Positions 27,931-40,647 of a stretch of DNA of 64,000 nt are shown here, piece after piece (position 1 is the first letter of the stretch; each line of letters opens with the position of its first letter). The notes under the pieces were generated by a model. That model had not been told where the DNA came from. It searched no databases and was given only the letters and a program-made list of their open reading frames with translations. Both the position numbers and the translations under genes were made by a program. Source of the DNA: Eledone cirrhosa (taxonomy: Eukaryota). Where the stretch lies: positions 81,158,001 to 81,222,000 of the forward strand of contig OZ024740.1 in the NCBI GenBank assembly GCA_964016885.1, written 5' to 3'.

Positions 27931-28019
27931 ATGCTCGCGTATGCTTGTATATGTACGTATATGGATGCGTGTATGTATTGATTTAATTTCAATTACCTCT
28001 GTATTCTATTTACTTTATT

Positions 28020-28378
28020 CTTAACTCCACGCTCCACATATGACGCATTATCTTCGTTTTTTCCGTTCATTGCCAGAGAACGTCTCTATGAATATTAGTC
28101 TACGACTTCTTTTATACCATAAACGTGGTTCTGTCTTTGCTTCTAATTGTTTTTCACCGCTCCAAATAATGACGTATTATATTCGTTGTTTCCCGTTCTT
28201 TGCCAGGGAACGTTTCCACGAACCAAAGTATCGTCTTCCTGTCTTCCTCCGGTTGCAACGTTTTTTGAAATATTCATTTCTGCGTTCACAGATTGACTTT
28301 GTTAGTTTCAGAAGATCCCGTTAAGGGTGAAAGCAGCGATTCTTTGCTTAAACTTTAATCTGTTATTTTAATAAATAT
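28020..28378 (+). repeat. Dispersed repeat, probable pLTR family, with a hammerhead-like remnant
   Basis: Paralog of 9995-10230; contains cagaaga-tcccgttaagggt-gaaa. Confidence 0.6.
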
Positions 28379-28478
28379 TTGCTCTACGGTTCTTATATAT
28401 TTGATATATATTTATCCTTATCGAGCCCTCTTTGGATTTTAGTCTTCAAATTTATTATTATTACTATTATTATTATCA

Positions 28479-28660
28479 AGGCGGTGGATTGGCAGTATCG
28501 GTAGAGGGTCGGATGCCATAGTTTTACCTCCCTGTATGATCTCAGTTCAAATCCCGCCGAGGTTAACTTTGCCATTCATCCTTCCGGGGTCGATAAAATA
28601 AAGTACCAGTAATGCACTGGGTATTTTGCTGGCCTTGTGCCAAAAGTAGAAACAATTATT
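28479..28660 (+). mobile_element. SINE family A
   Basis: Head, core and tail as in the other copies. Confidence 0.85.
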
Positions 28661-28712
28661 ACTATTATTATTATTACTATATATATATATATATATATTT
28701 ACACTTATACAA

Positions 28713-28744
<32 letters not shown>

Positions 28745-28802
28745 GTTTGTATATATATATATATATGTGTGTATGTGTGTGTGTATGTGAGTGTATATGG
28801 GT

Positions 28803-28837
<35 letters not shown>

Positions 28838-28872
28838 TGTGTCTGCATGTGCGTATGTCATTGCATATTTAA

Positions 28873-30925
28873 AATTGGGTTGGCAGGTATTGAGTGCCTT
28901 GCGTTCCAGGTGGTCCATGTACGAGATCGCAAGTATGCCGGACAGACTAGAGCCCATAGGTAGCCCAGACATTTGTTTGTACGTGTGGCCGAGGAAATTG
29001 AAGAGTGCATTATCCACAACGAAGGAGAGGAGTTGGTGGATGTCCGTGGATAATGCACTCTTCAATTTCCTCGGCCACACGTACAAACAAATCTCTGGGC
29101 TAACTATGGGCTCTAGTCTGTCCGGCATACTTGCGATCTCGTACATGGACCACCTGGAACGCAAGGCACTCAATACCTGCCAACCCAACGCCGTCGCCTT
29201 CTACTCCAGATACGTTGATGACATCCTGATACTTACTTCTTCCCGGGAGATGGTGAATGAAATTCACCAAATCTTCAACGATACTGACCATCAAGTCGAT
29301 TTCACCATCGAACACCCGGGAGAAGACGGGTCACTCGCCCTCCTCGACTTCCGTATCAACATCTCGGAAGAAGGAGACATAAACACCACCTACCGCAAAG
29401 CAGCGTGCAAGGACTTATTTGTGCATTATAACTCAGCCCTCCCCAATAACGCTAAGAGAGGCTATGTCCTAAATGAACTGACACGGATCACTAACAGATG
29501 CAGCGACCCGATGGGTGGTCTCACCCATACCACGCAATTCCGTAATCTACTCAGATCTAATGGTTATCCCAAGCGACTGATTAACGGAATTAGAGACCCC
29601 AGACCCAATAGACAGACACCCACTAGAAAATTAATTAATAGCAGGTGCTTCTTTAAAATCCCCCACCTGAGTGAATATACCACGAACGCCATCCGCAGGG
29701 CCATACGGACGGAGGGACTTGACATACATTTGGCCCACACAGGACCTTCGCTGCGAAGATGCCTCTCCAACAAACCCGACGAGTCAGATGGGACGTGTTC
29801 CCTCAGCAACTGCCCGATACGGGGGACAGATTGCCTACGCACCTATGTCGTATATAAGATTCAATGCGATAAATGTAACAAGTTTTACATAGGTAGCACC
29901 ATCCGACCCCTACATGTTCGTATCAAGGAACATATCAACACTAACGCATGTTCCTTCCGTAAACACATCCTTAAATGCGGAAACCCACAGGGTAGACCCT
30001 TGGTCACAGTCCTAGCGACTGAACGCAGCATCGGATCCTTAAGGATAAAGGAAGCACTTGTTATTAAGAACCTCAGACCCCCACTTAACAACCGGGCTGA
30101 GAGAAATGAGCTGACATGGCTAACTTAACCATAGTGACCATTCACAGCCTACGGCCTGCTATCTTCACACACACGCACGTATATGCATACCCATACGCAT
30201 ACACACACACATCTATATTTATACACGCACACATGTTTTTACAACCTACCACCTTTCACACCCTTTGATTTCCAGCTTCTACAGCCCACTATCTTTCACA
30301 CACAAACGCACTCACACATATACACACACAGTTACACACACATGTATACCCATACGCTTACACACACACATCTATATTTATACTCGCACACATGTTTTAC
30401 AACCTACCACCTTTCACACCCTTTGATTTCCAGCTTCTACAGCCCACTATCTTTCACACACACACACACTCACACATATACACACTTACACTTATACACA
30501 CACAGTTACACACACATATATATTTACACACACATATCTTACGGCTTTCACACGCTAGCGCACCCTCTTGATTTAACCCATTTGGTCAGTAGCTTTTGCC
30601 ACAGCCTATCAGCGCACGCGCATTCTTTCCCTCGTTTAAATTTTAAATAATTTTTTCCCCATAACGGCATTCCTGTCTTAACGACATCACAACTTTCTCC
30701 GCTTGGCCTGTTCCCCCCCTTTTGGAACAACCGTTGATGGGCGTGAGCCCGAAATATTGGGATTAAATCTCCACTACGGTAACCCTTCTACCTTTGTTTT
30801 GTTTTCATCTTTGTCTCTCTCAATTTTCACTTTCACCTGTTTTTCCTATCTATCTTTCACTTCCTACCTCGAGATTTCCCTCTGCATTGTTGTGGCTTTC
30901 TTAACTACGTATTTTATATATATAT
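28873..30925 (+). mobile_element. Penelope-like element, 5'-truncated with a 5' inversion
   Basis: 28873-29018 is an inverted copy of about 29047-29188; coding region to 30128, followed by a CA-rich duplicated 3' region and a pLTR-like tail. Confidence 0.9.
29040..30128 (+). CDS. PLE polyprotein C-terminal part: RT (YVDD) + GIY-YIG endonuclease
   Basis: YKQISGLTMGSSLS, YSRYVDDIL, LALLDF, VVYKIQCDKCNKFYIGSTIRPLHVRIKEH, LRIKEALVI; open frame. Confidence 0.9.
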   Translation: MSVDNALFNFLGHTYKQISGLTMGSSLSGILAISYMDHLERKALNTCQPNAVAFYSRYVDDILILTSSREMVNEIHQIFNDTDHQVDFTIEHPGEDGSLALLDFRINISEEGDINTTYRKAACKDLFVHYNSALPNNAKRGYVLNELTRITNRCSDPMGGLTHTTQFRNLLRSNGYPKRLINGIRDPRPNRQTPTRKLINSRCFFKIPHLSEYTTNAIRRAIRTEGLDIHLAHTGPSLRRCLSNKPDESDGTCSLSNCPIRGTDCLRTYVVYKIQCDKCNKFYIGSTIRPLHVRIKEHINTNACSFRKHILKCGNPQGRPLVTVLATERSIGSLRIKEALVIKNLRPPLNNRAERNELTWLT

Positions 30926-30964
30926 ATATTTATTAAAATAACAGATACAGTTTAAGCAAAGAAT

Positions 30965-31415
30965 AGAATTGGTGCTCTGAAATAGCGATATATCTATATG
31001 AATGTATATATAATGCATTTTACAATACACTGTATGCTTAATTAAAAGCATTTTGAAGACCTTACGCTATTGTTTCAAAGTAGTGACTATGTCACTTACT
31101 TCTATTTTCAGAAAACAAGGGGAGATAAGCTGACAGAGCTCTGTTTCGTACTGTTGGTTCTTATCAAAGCCTAGCACTCCTCCTGTTTGCTGAAAATTAT
31201 GAATGTTGAATTCTTATAGGATTCCAGTTATAATCAGGAACTGATTATACAGAGCGGTTGCCGGTCCAGCAAAAATTGAAAATTAGAATTGGTGCTCTGA
31301 AATAGCGATATATATATATGAATATATATATAGCGTATTTTGCAATACACTGTATGCTTATCTCCCCTTGTTTGCTGAAAATAGAAGTAAGTGACATAGT
31401 CACTACTTTTTTAGA
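30965..31415. mobile_element. Non-coding pLTR-like repeat with partial tandem and inverted segments (family B)
   Basis: gaattggtgctctgaaatagcgata at 30966 and 31287; inverted segment about 31358-31410; paralog at 52075-52585. Confidence 0.75.
31127..31172 (-). ncRNA. Minimal type I hammerhead, U3-A8 variant
   Basis: Minus strand aggct TTGATAA gaac caaca gtac GAAA cagagctctg TC agctt; palindromic stem III; one mismatch in stem II. Confidence 0.7.
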
Positions 31416-31746
31416 CCGCCAGAAACAAGAACAAACCTTCCACTCTAAAACAGTTACACACGACCAGAATTCCATCGTTCATAATGCGTTCAAAGAATGG
31501 AATGAACTGAATCTAGAAAAATTGATTGCATGTTAGAACCGTTGAAATAATTATTGTGAATAAACGAGTTATGTAACATCGGCATCTTTTTAAATTTTTA
31601 GTATACATACATATATATATATATATTGGCAGTAACACTAATAAAGCGTGGTGCATATAATAAGTCTGTTTACGAAGGCCTATGAGATATGTATAATGAA
31701 GATACAAATGACCCACTAAGAATATGTAATCTGTGATCATGTCACA

Positions 31747-32198
31747 TGCTTTTAGTCTTCTTGGCACTGATATTGAGACCTAAGCATCCTGCTTCGACAT
31801 TGAAATTGTTCACAATGATTTGCAAGTCAGCTGTGCTCTCTGCAAGTGCAGCAATATCGTCCGCAAAGTCCATGTCAGCCAGCTGTTGCTCTCCCACCCA
31901 AGATATACCCTGGTCTTTAGACGCTCTTCTTAGTACCCAGTCAAGCGACGCCTGGGCTGGTTTGGACACGCTTTGAGACTTCCCCCGGAGAGACTGGCGA
32001 ACCAAGTACTTAAATGGAGCCCTCAGGGAAGCAGACGGAGAGGGCGACCCAATATGAACTGGCGCCAGACAGTTGAGAGGGACCTGTGAGCGACAAACAG
32101 ACAATGGCGGGACGCTGTGCAACTGGCTGCTGACCGAACACGATGGAACACTATGATTGCCTCATACGTCACAAGACGCAGGAACTTCTGAGTCTGAT
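31747..32198. mobile_element. 5'-inverted (twin-primed) RTE-like LINE fragment with 13-bp TSD
   Basis: Minus-strand part encodes DMDFADDIAAL; plus-strand part encodes GHALR..KWSPQGSRRRGRP; tgatcatgtcaca at 31734 and 32199. Confidence 0.85.
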
Positions 32199-32731
32199 TG
32201 ATCATGTCACAGATATTTTAATAGCTATTTAAGAATATTAGACAAGTTTATCTAAATTTTCCTCGCCACCGGTGTCATTCTTCACTTGGAACTTGGAAAA
32301 GAAAACGCTTATATATTCTATATTACTTTGTCTCTACAAACGTAGGCTGTAGATGCTTATTTTCACATGATGCAAATAACCTATTGGCAGTAGTACCTAT
32401 ATAGCCTGGTTCATTATAGTGGTTTATATGAAGGCTTATATGATATGCGTATGTAAAATAAACATACACTATTACGAAGCGTTAAGTGGATAAATTCTTT
32501 ATAAAAAATGGTGTGCTTACCCGCGCAAATGCTATAGAATAGCTTATAAAACTGGGGTAAGAGTGTTAATGACGGAAAAAAGAATTTTCCATCGGCTGCT
32601 GGTATGAGGGAGATACGGGATTCCCCGAAGCAGTCGATTGCAAACTCTTTTTCCGTCTAAATGTGGCTTCAACTTATTTTAAGCTATTTTGTAGCATCTC
32701 CGCGCATATGCGCAGTACTCTTTATATTATT

Positions 32732-32900
32732 CCAGACCACCCGCGACCCATTGGGTCAAGTCCACTTCAAAATATTTTTTAATGATCATGTTCAGTTGAA
32801 AATAATTTTGAAATAATTAAAATATATACAGACATGACTATAATGTGAAATGAACCTGGACTGCCCATATATATACGTGTGTGTATGTATATATATAAAT
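32732..32900 (-). mobile_element. Helitron 3' end, paralog of 27520-27662
   Basis: ccagaccacccgcgacccattgggtca... matches the reverse complement of the composite's end (CTGG instead of CTAG). Confidence 0.75.
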
Positions 32901-32933
32901 GTGTGTATATATATATATATAAATATATATATA

Positions 32934-35900
32934 TCATCATCATCATCATCATCGTCGTTTAACGTCTATCTTCCACGCTAGCATGGGTTTAGACGTGATT
33001 GTCCCATTTGAGTCAAGTTTGGTTGTCTTGCTCGTGTAGGACTGTCTGGCAAGTTTTCTACGGCTTGATGCCCTTCCTAACACCAACCACGTTTACAGTG
33101 TGGACTGGGAGGTTTTTACTGTGTTACCTATACGGCCACATTACAGCGTGGACTGCGTGTTTTTTTGTCGTGAGACCTACACGACCTCATTTATTTAGGA
33201 GTGGATGTTGTGGTACCAACATAACTTTACAGCAAAAGGAGTGGTGTGGATAGGGGTGGAGGTAGGGGTAGTGGATGGGGGTGCATTTTCGTTAAGAGCT
33301 GCCTACTGCCTGTAGGTTTGACTTTGTACTTAGGCATGGCGGGGCTTCTGTATTACTGCGTAGCACCAAAGATCTCGGTCCAGTGACATTGTCTTGGAGA
33401 GGTGTAAGTGTGTAAGGTAGGAATTCATCAAATTGTCCCAGGTTTTTCTGGATCTGCCTACTCCGTAGCTACCATCTATTTTGATCGTCCTGCACTTTTT
33501 TTATACAGCTGTCGTCTTTCATGCGCATCACGTGACCATACCAACATAGTCTTCTCTCGAGTAAACAGCATCTGATCCCTCTTATTCCTAATGTCTCACT
33601 TAGTTCATTTATGCTTTGCCGTTCACGTATATTACACATACAACGGAGCATGCATGCTTCGTTCCTCTCCAGTCTGCGTAGATCCTCTGCACACAATGCT
33701 CATGTCTCACTGCCATGTAACATTGCTGTTCGTATGCAGGCATCATACAGTCTGCCTTTCATTTTAGAGAGAAACCTTTAGCCGCCAATAGTGGTATAAT
33801 CTCTCTGAACTTTTTCCATCCCGTTCTGACTCCAGCTACGGTAGTTTCAGAGCACCCTCCACCACTGCTGATTTTGTCACCCAGGTAACGGAAGGTGTCC
33901 ACTATTTCTATAGAACCATATGGGCAATGGAAGGAGCTAGTATCCTGTGGGCACTTGCTACTACTTATTGCACCTGAGCACCGGCCACATATAAAATCTA
34001 TGTTATAAGTTATCTTACCTGTGATGCGACTACATCTTTTATGCACCCATACTTTGCATTTGGGACATAAAATGGAGTTTCTGCCCACTCCTTTGCTACA
34101 CACTGAGCATGGCCATTTCCCAGAGGGTACCAGTGCCCTATTTTCCTTCCTACATACTAGCACTTTACTCTTATACATGTTAATTTTAAAACCTTTGATT
34201 CTAGGCCATGCTTCCATGTTTGGAATTTTTCTCTAGTTCAGCCATTAATTCAGCTAAGAGCGTTAGGTCATCTCCGTATAGAAGTTCCCATGGGCAGCCC
34301 GTCTTGAACTCCTCTGTTATAGCCTGAAGGGAAATAATAGATAGGCGCTAAGGACAGAGCCTTGATGAACATCAACTTTTACGCCAAACTATTAACTATA
34401 TTCGTTGTTAATTCTAACCTTGCTGACTGTTTCTTTAGACATGGCTTGTATAGCTCTCACAAGCGATTCATCGATACCTAGTTTCCTGAGAGCCCACCAG
34501 ATAATGGAGCGGGGGACTCTGTCAAAGGCTCTTCCAAGTCAACAAAGCTAATTATAGGGGTTTACTTTTAGCTAGGTACTTCTTCTGTAGTTGTCGTACA
34601 AGGAAAAGAGCGTCTGTACTTTTACCTGACAAAAACCTGAACTGCGTTTCATCTAGCTCAATTTACTCTCTGATTAGCTGCGATACAACTTTTTCTGTAA
34701 CCTTCATGACCTGGTCAATTAATTTAATGCCTCTCTAGTTTCTCCTATCTATGGCATCTCCCTTGTAGCAGTTAATGATGATGCTGCTACGCCAGTCCTT
34801 TGGTATCACCCCATTCTGTATGACTTGGTTTACTATCCGGGTGACCATAGTGTGTCCCACCGTTCCAGATGCTTTCAGCATTTCAGCAACTATTTCCGAA
34901 GGCCCAGCCGCCTTGCCTGTCTTCATATCTGTGATTGCCTTACTTATTATACTACCTTCAACTTGCACTGCTGGTCCCTCTATTGGATCGATGTGAGGCA
35001 GACTGTTTTTGTCCCATTTATTCTCCTCATTTAGTCGACTCTCGTAGTGACACTTCCAGGCTACCTTCTTATTAGCGTCAGTGATGGCAAGTACACCATC
35101 ATCATTACAGACAAACGTCTCCCTGACAATATCACGGTTTTCCTTGACACATTGCCTAGCAATTCTGAACACCTCACGTTTTTGGTCCTCTCGTTGTAGG
35201 ACATGCTTGAACTTTCTTTCCTCTGCTTCCCTTCTTGCGAAGTACACTTGTCTCCTAGCTTACCCCGTAGCCACTTGATAGTCTTCTTTACTTCCCCCCT
35301 CCCACCATATTTCCAAGCCTGCTTTTTGGCCTTGATTAACTCCTCCACCTTACTGTTCCACCACCAAGTTAATCTCCTCCTGCCTATAGGTCTGCAACAG
35401 CCACAGATTTCATCTGTCACCTTCAGCAAATTAACGTTCAGGAATTCCCACTGTTCCTCTATAGTGTACGACTCTAATTGCTCTTCTTTAATGTCAACAG
35501 CATCAAGTAATATGCTTTTAAATTTACTACTGGTTGTGGGATCCTTTAACTTCCATATTCTTTTCCTTAGAGTAGTCCTCCTCTGTTGTCGAGTACGTCT
35601 CGTCCTGACTATGAGGTCGCTAACTATGAGGCTATGCTGGGAGGTGCATTCTTTATGGGGTGGGGTTTAGTGTTTACAACAGACACTTTATCACCTCTTC
35701 TGGTAAGGATATAATCTATCTGACTGGCGTGTTCCCCTGATCTGTAGGTGATCAAGTGATTGTCTCGTTTTTTGAAGTTTGTGTTCCAGATAGTTAGGTC
35801 ATTTGCGTCACAGAATTCCAGGATTCTGGAGCCTTCCTCATTTCTAGTACCAAACCCATAGCCTCCATGGATTCCGCCATAGCCGTCACAATGTTGTCCA

Positions 35901-37086
35901 ACGCGACCATTTAGGTCGCCAGCAATAATTATGTAGTCACTGTCGGTTATTTGGGAGGTAGTGAGCATTAAACGACTCATAGAATTTGTCTTTTATAACG
36001 CCAGGCAGTCCGGATTGGGGTGCATACGTGGATATTATTGTCACAGTAGTTCTATTTAGTACAAGTCTTTTTTTAATTATTGTGTCGTTCACTCTATTTA
36101 CGTCTATTATCTTATCTACCCATTTTTCTGCTAGCATGATTCCTACTTCACCCAGCCCATTGTCATTACCCACCCAGAAAAGTTTATAGCATCGTTTTTT
36201 ACCCACAATGAATCTAGCAGACCCACCCCTCCACCTGGTCTATTGAATACAGCAAACATCAACTTCCTTACGTTCAAGCATGTCTACATCATTCGTTTGA
36301 GCGACGATTTAAGGTGCCTACATTTAAGGCACCAACTCTAAAGTTTTGGATTGCGTTTGGGGGGTGAGAAGGATGAGGCGCAGTGAGGGGTGAGGGAGAT
36401 GGGGTTATGTTAGCCATCCGCGGCCGAAATAAAGAGGAGGAGTCCTTGCATTCTCGTCCGGCAACATGAGGTGAATTTGTTTTTATCTTTGGCATTGTCA
36501 TTAAGTGTCCAGATTTGTCATTAACTCTCCATAATTCCCTGGTCATTCTAGCATATCGAAAAGCAACCAGGTCTAAACTTAAGAAGTTATATTATAGGCC
36601 GCTGAATTATGATTGGTCGAAATAATAATGGTGGCGAGTGGGAGCGGGAGGCAGGGGTCTGGGGGAGTTAGCGAGAAGAAGATCGTTTTAGGGGGTCTGA
36701 CAGAATTATGGGATTTTAAAATTACAAGAAGGTTGTTTTGAACAATCAGACAGAATTATCAAATAGCATTGAAAAGAAAAGATATAATACAGATAGATGA
36801 ATGGACCGGGAAACACGGAGAGACGAGGAAAAATCGGATGAATACATTAGATTTCACAAAAGAGCGAGCGAGCGATCTAGCCAAGTATAAGGGATCGACA
36901 AATTTTGTTTCGTAGCTCACAACAGGTTTATTTTATATTTGGAGAGAGAGAGGGGGGGGGGGGTGAGAAACAACTTGCAGACGCATGTACGATTAGGAGG
37001 GGGGATGAAGAATAGGAGGGAGCAGGAAGAAGTTTCGCGAAGGTTATTTTATAATCCTTGCATTTTGGCCATAATTAAACGAAGAG
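32934..37086 (-). mobile_element. Near full-length decayed RTE-like LINE (APE endonuclease + RT with a Cys/His-rich insert)
   Basis: GALNVGTL, YAPQ, IIAGDLNG, QIDYIL, WPCSVCSKGVGRNSILCPKCKVWVHKRC, FRYLG, WYGHVMRM; (ATG)n tail at 32934-32952; many frameshifts. Confidence 0.9.
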
Positions 37087-37097
37087 TAAGAGTTTAA

Positions 37098-40000
37098 GTA
37101 CTACTTGTACTTGTACTTGTGTCAACATTCAGCCTGGACGGGTTGAGCCGGCTTCTTCCCTTGTCGTGACGGCGTCGCGAACCATGGCAGCCCACGCACG
37201 ACGGTCCTGGACTAGGTCACTGGAGATAGCGTGCCAGTCACGGTTCCATCGGCGCAGACCGACCACCTGCGGACCTGAGAGTTCGGAGAGGTCCTCCTTG
37301 ATCGTCGTTGCCCAGGATTCAGCTGCCCGCCAACGCGCTTGCGCCAGTTAGGGAGTGAAGGTGACAGGAGAACATCGCGGATTAGCTCACCCTCACGGCA
37401 CCGGGCTGCGTGACCAAACCATCTCAAGCGCCGTTGCAGAAGCACTGAAGGAAGGGGTCGAAGAATCAGGAGAAGACGAAGACTGGTGGTAGGTACCCGA
37501 TCAACGCGTCGGCAGCGAAGAATGCGGCGGAGACAGTCATTGTCGAAGACCTCCAGCCCTCGTTGATCGACTAGCCTCATAGGCCATGTTTCACAGCCAT
37601 AGAGGAGGATAGTGCGAACGACGGCCTGGTAGATTTGCCCTTTGGTCGCCGAAGTGATCTCTCTTCTGTCCCACAGACACCGATAGAGGCGCCCAAAAGC
37701 GGAACTGGCAGCTCCTATGCGACGCTTGACCTCGGCTGCGCCCTGTCCCGTTGGAACCTCTGTTGAGCCCAGGTAAACGAAGGACTCCACATCCTCCATG
37801 TCCACGAAGGACTCCACATCCTCCAGGTCCACGCCCTCGAGAGATATGGGCTGCCAGGCATCAGGCGAGACCAGTGACGTCATGACTTTCGACTTGGCAG
37901 CATTGACTCGTAGACCAACAGCGGCGGCTGCAGTATGCACCCTCTCGAGAGCACCTTGTACCTCTCTCCCGTTAGCTCCCATCAGCGCGATGTCATCAGC
38001 ATAGGCCAGGTCCGTCACCAGGACCCCTCTCCCGACCTCTACGCCCGGGTAATCCCGGGGAGCTGTGTTGAGAGTGTAGTCAATGGCGTATTTAAAGAGA
38101 GATGGCGATAGCGCACACCCCTGCCGAACACCGGTCCCAACATCTAACGACTCCGTCTCCCCACCATAGACCCTCACTCGATCTCGAGTCGACCAGTAGT
38201 AGCCTTGTATGAGACGAAGCAGCTTCACTGGAATGCCATCCGCCTGCATTATACACCATAGGGCTTCCCGATCTACCGAGTCGAAGGCAGCTGCAAAGTC
38301 GATGAAGCAGAGGACGGTAGGCTGTTGACGTGCCCACCATTGTTCCAGGACAGGCCGGTGATTGAAGATTTGATCAACGCACCCCCTCCCTGGACGGAAG
38401 CCGCCACGAGAAGGACGGGTATCGACATCACGGATGGCCTGGAACCTCTTCAGCACAAGAATTGCGAAGGTTTTGGCAGCAACATCAATTAAACTGATAC
38501 CCCTGTAGTTGGAACACAATTTACTGTCGCCTTTTTTGAAGAAGGGTAGGAGAGTGTCCTCGCTCCAGTCACCAGGGAACCGCTCCGGCGCCCAGACCGA
38601 GGAGAAGACTCGGTGGAACCAGGCTGCGAAGACATCAGGCTGGGTCTTGTAGACCTCAGCTGGAATCCCATCTTCGCCCGGCGCCTTGTCGTTCCGGAGA
38701 TGTGTCAGGACACTACGTACCTCCTCGACCGTTGGAGGGGCAGTGCTGCACCCGCATCCTTCTCCGGAAGGCTGCACGTAGGTTGGCGTGGCTGGTGGCG
38801 GGTGGTTGAGCAGCTCCGAGAAATGGTCCCGCCATCGGACTAGCCGGTCATTAAGATTGGTAATGACTGCCCCGTTCCGATCACGGATCGTCTCGCTGAT
38901 ACCCGTACTGCTTCGGCTGGCCCGCTTCACCAGTTGGTAGAGCTTGCGCGAGTCACCACAAGCTGCTGCCCTCTCCGTCTGCGCCGCAAATTCGTGCCAG
39001 TGTGCATTCCGATCAGCCCGAATAGCCCGAGATATGCGACGTGGGAGATCTCGAAGATTGGGTGCACCCTCGAGTCGGGCCACTCTCGCTCTATCCGCGA
39101 GTTCAAGAGTGCCTCTGGAGATCCAATCCCGATGGCGTCTTTGGGTCGACCCGAGATGTTCTCTTGCCACCTCAACGTCGCCGCCTTGAGCGCGTTCCAC
39201 TCCTGCTCCGGTTGCTGTTCCACTTCGTTACTCAGCATTTGGAATCGGTTTCGCAGCTCTAGCCGGAAAGCATTTCCAGCATCGAGCTTGAGTCGCGAGA
39301 TGTTGATCCTTTTCTGGCGGTTGGGAGGAGGTTTCGCCTGCATCCGCAGACGAATGGTTCCTCGGACAAGAGTATGGTCTGACCCATTCTCACTGCCCGT
39401 ATAGGCCCCTCGATACGCACGCGTGTCCATCACTGAGCTGGCGCACCGAGATCTGACCAGGATGTAGTCAATCTGATTGGCCGTTCTTCCGTCATTGGAT
39501 CGCCATGTGACGAGGTGACGCCGAGGATGTTGGAACCGGGTGTTGGTAACGATAAGACGATTGGCATCCGCTAAGGACACGAGCCTTTTATCATTGTCAC
39601 AGCGTACGCCTAGGGCGAAGCGTCCTAGAATATGCCGTGTTGTATCATCAGCCGGCCCCGTCCGCGCATTCAGTCCCCAGCGACAATGAGAACATCACTG
39701 GAGGGGACGCCATCCACGGTTGTTTGGAGATGGGCATAGAACTGTGTCTTGTCCGCCTCGTCCGCATTGAGTGTGGGAGCGTAGACGGCAAATACGCTGA
39801 CGTTGGAGAGTTGATCCTTCAATCGAACCAGCGCGAGTCGGTGTGAGATCGGCTGCCACGCCAGAAGAGCCGCTTGCGCGTCGGGGCAGTGTGCTACAGC
39901 GACCCCGTGAAGGCCACTGTTGTCAGTCATGCCACTATGGTACAAGTGGTAGGAGATGTCCTCGCAAAGGAACTTTGATAGGAATATGACCAACATCGGG

Positions 40001-40526
40001 AAGTCGAACATCTGAAAGGCAAGGGACACTAACGCAATACCTGTGCAGGGCCCTCATTGTAAGTGCTTGGACACCGTCGTCACGAAGTGTTCGGACGTTC
40101 CAGCACGCCACCCTCAATTCCTTCCTTCGTCTGAAGAGCGAGATACTGCGGGAGTAGTCTGTAGAGCCATAGCGGTAGGAGCGATGTTGCCTTGCATTGC
40201 GTTCGTAGCGGGAAGGCAATTCGCATTCATAGTCCGTATTTGTCATGGGAGTAGTGAATTTACAAGCGGTCCCCAAAAAACCCGCATGTATATCCCAAAC
40301 GAGGGGAAAAAAACGTCCTGTTTGCCGCAGATTCTCCACAGACGGTTACCGGAACAAACACCTCTTGGATTTTCACCAGAGCCCCTTTTGCCGGGTTGCG
40401 GCTCTAATACCGCTAGGTGCCACACCAATCCGGCTTGGGTGGCCCTACCAGGAACCAAAGTTCCCGACGGCATAGCACTGACAATACCCGTTGCTCCCGC
40501 CCTTCCACGTTGAGGAGGGGTTTGAC
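37098..40526 (-). mobile_element. Near full-length GC-rich RTE-clade LINE
   Basis: ACWNVRTL, VYAPT, IVAGD, QIDYIL, GSDH, KAPGEDG, FIDFAAAFDSV, GVRQG, LAYADDI, FVYLGS, RWFGH; (ACAAGT)n tail; direct repeat taagagtttaa at 37087 and 40527. Confidence 0.95.
37212..39200 (-). pseudogene. RTE reverse transcriptase ORF segment (frameshifted from the endonuclease part)
   Basis: 662-aa ORF with the RT motifs; endonuclease spread over ORFs at 38927-40339. Confidence 0.9.
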
Positions 40527-40647
40527 TAAGAGTTTAAATAGCGAAAAGAAGATCGTTTTCGGGGGTCTGACAGAATTCTAGGATTTTAAAAATACAAGAA
40601 GGTTGTTTTGAACAATCCGACAGAATTATATATATATATGTATATAT

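Noticed and set aside
28791-29040. N-terminal extension of the 445-aa PLE ORF
   Set aside because: Made of (GT)n plus the antisense inverted duplicate; not real protein sequence
37778-37831. 27-bp in-frame duplication in the RTE RT
   Set aside because: Simple local slippage in a dead copy
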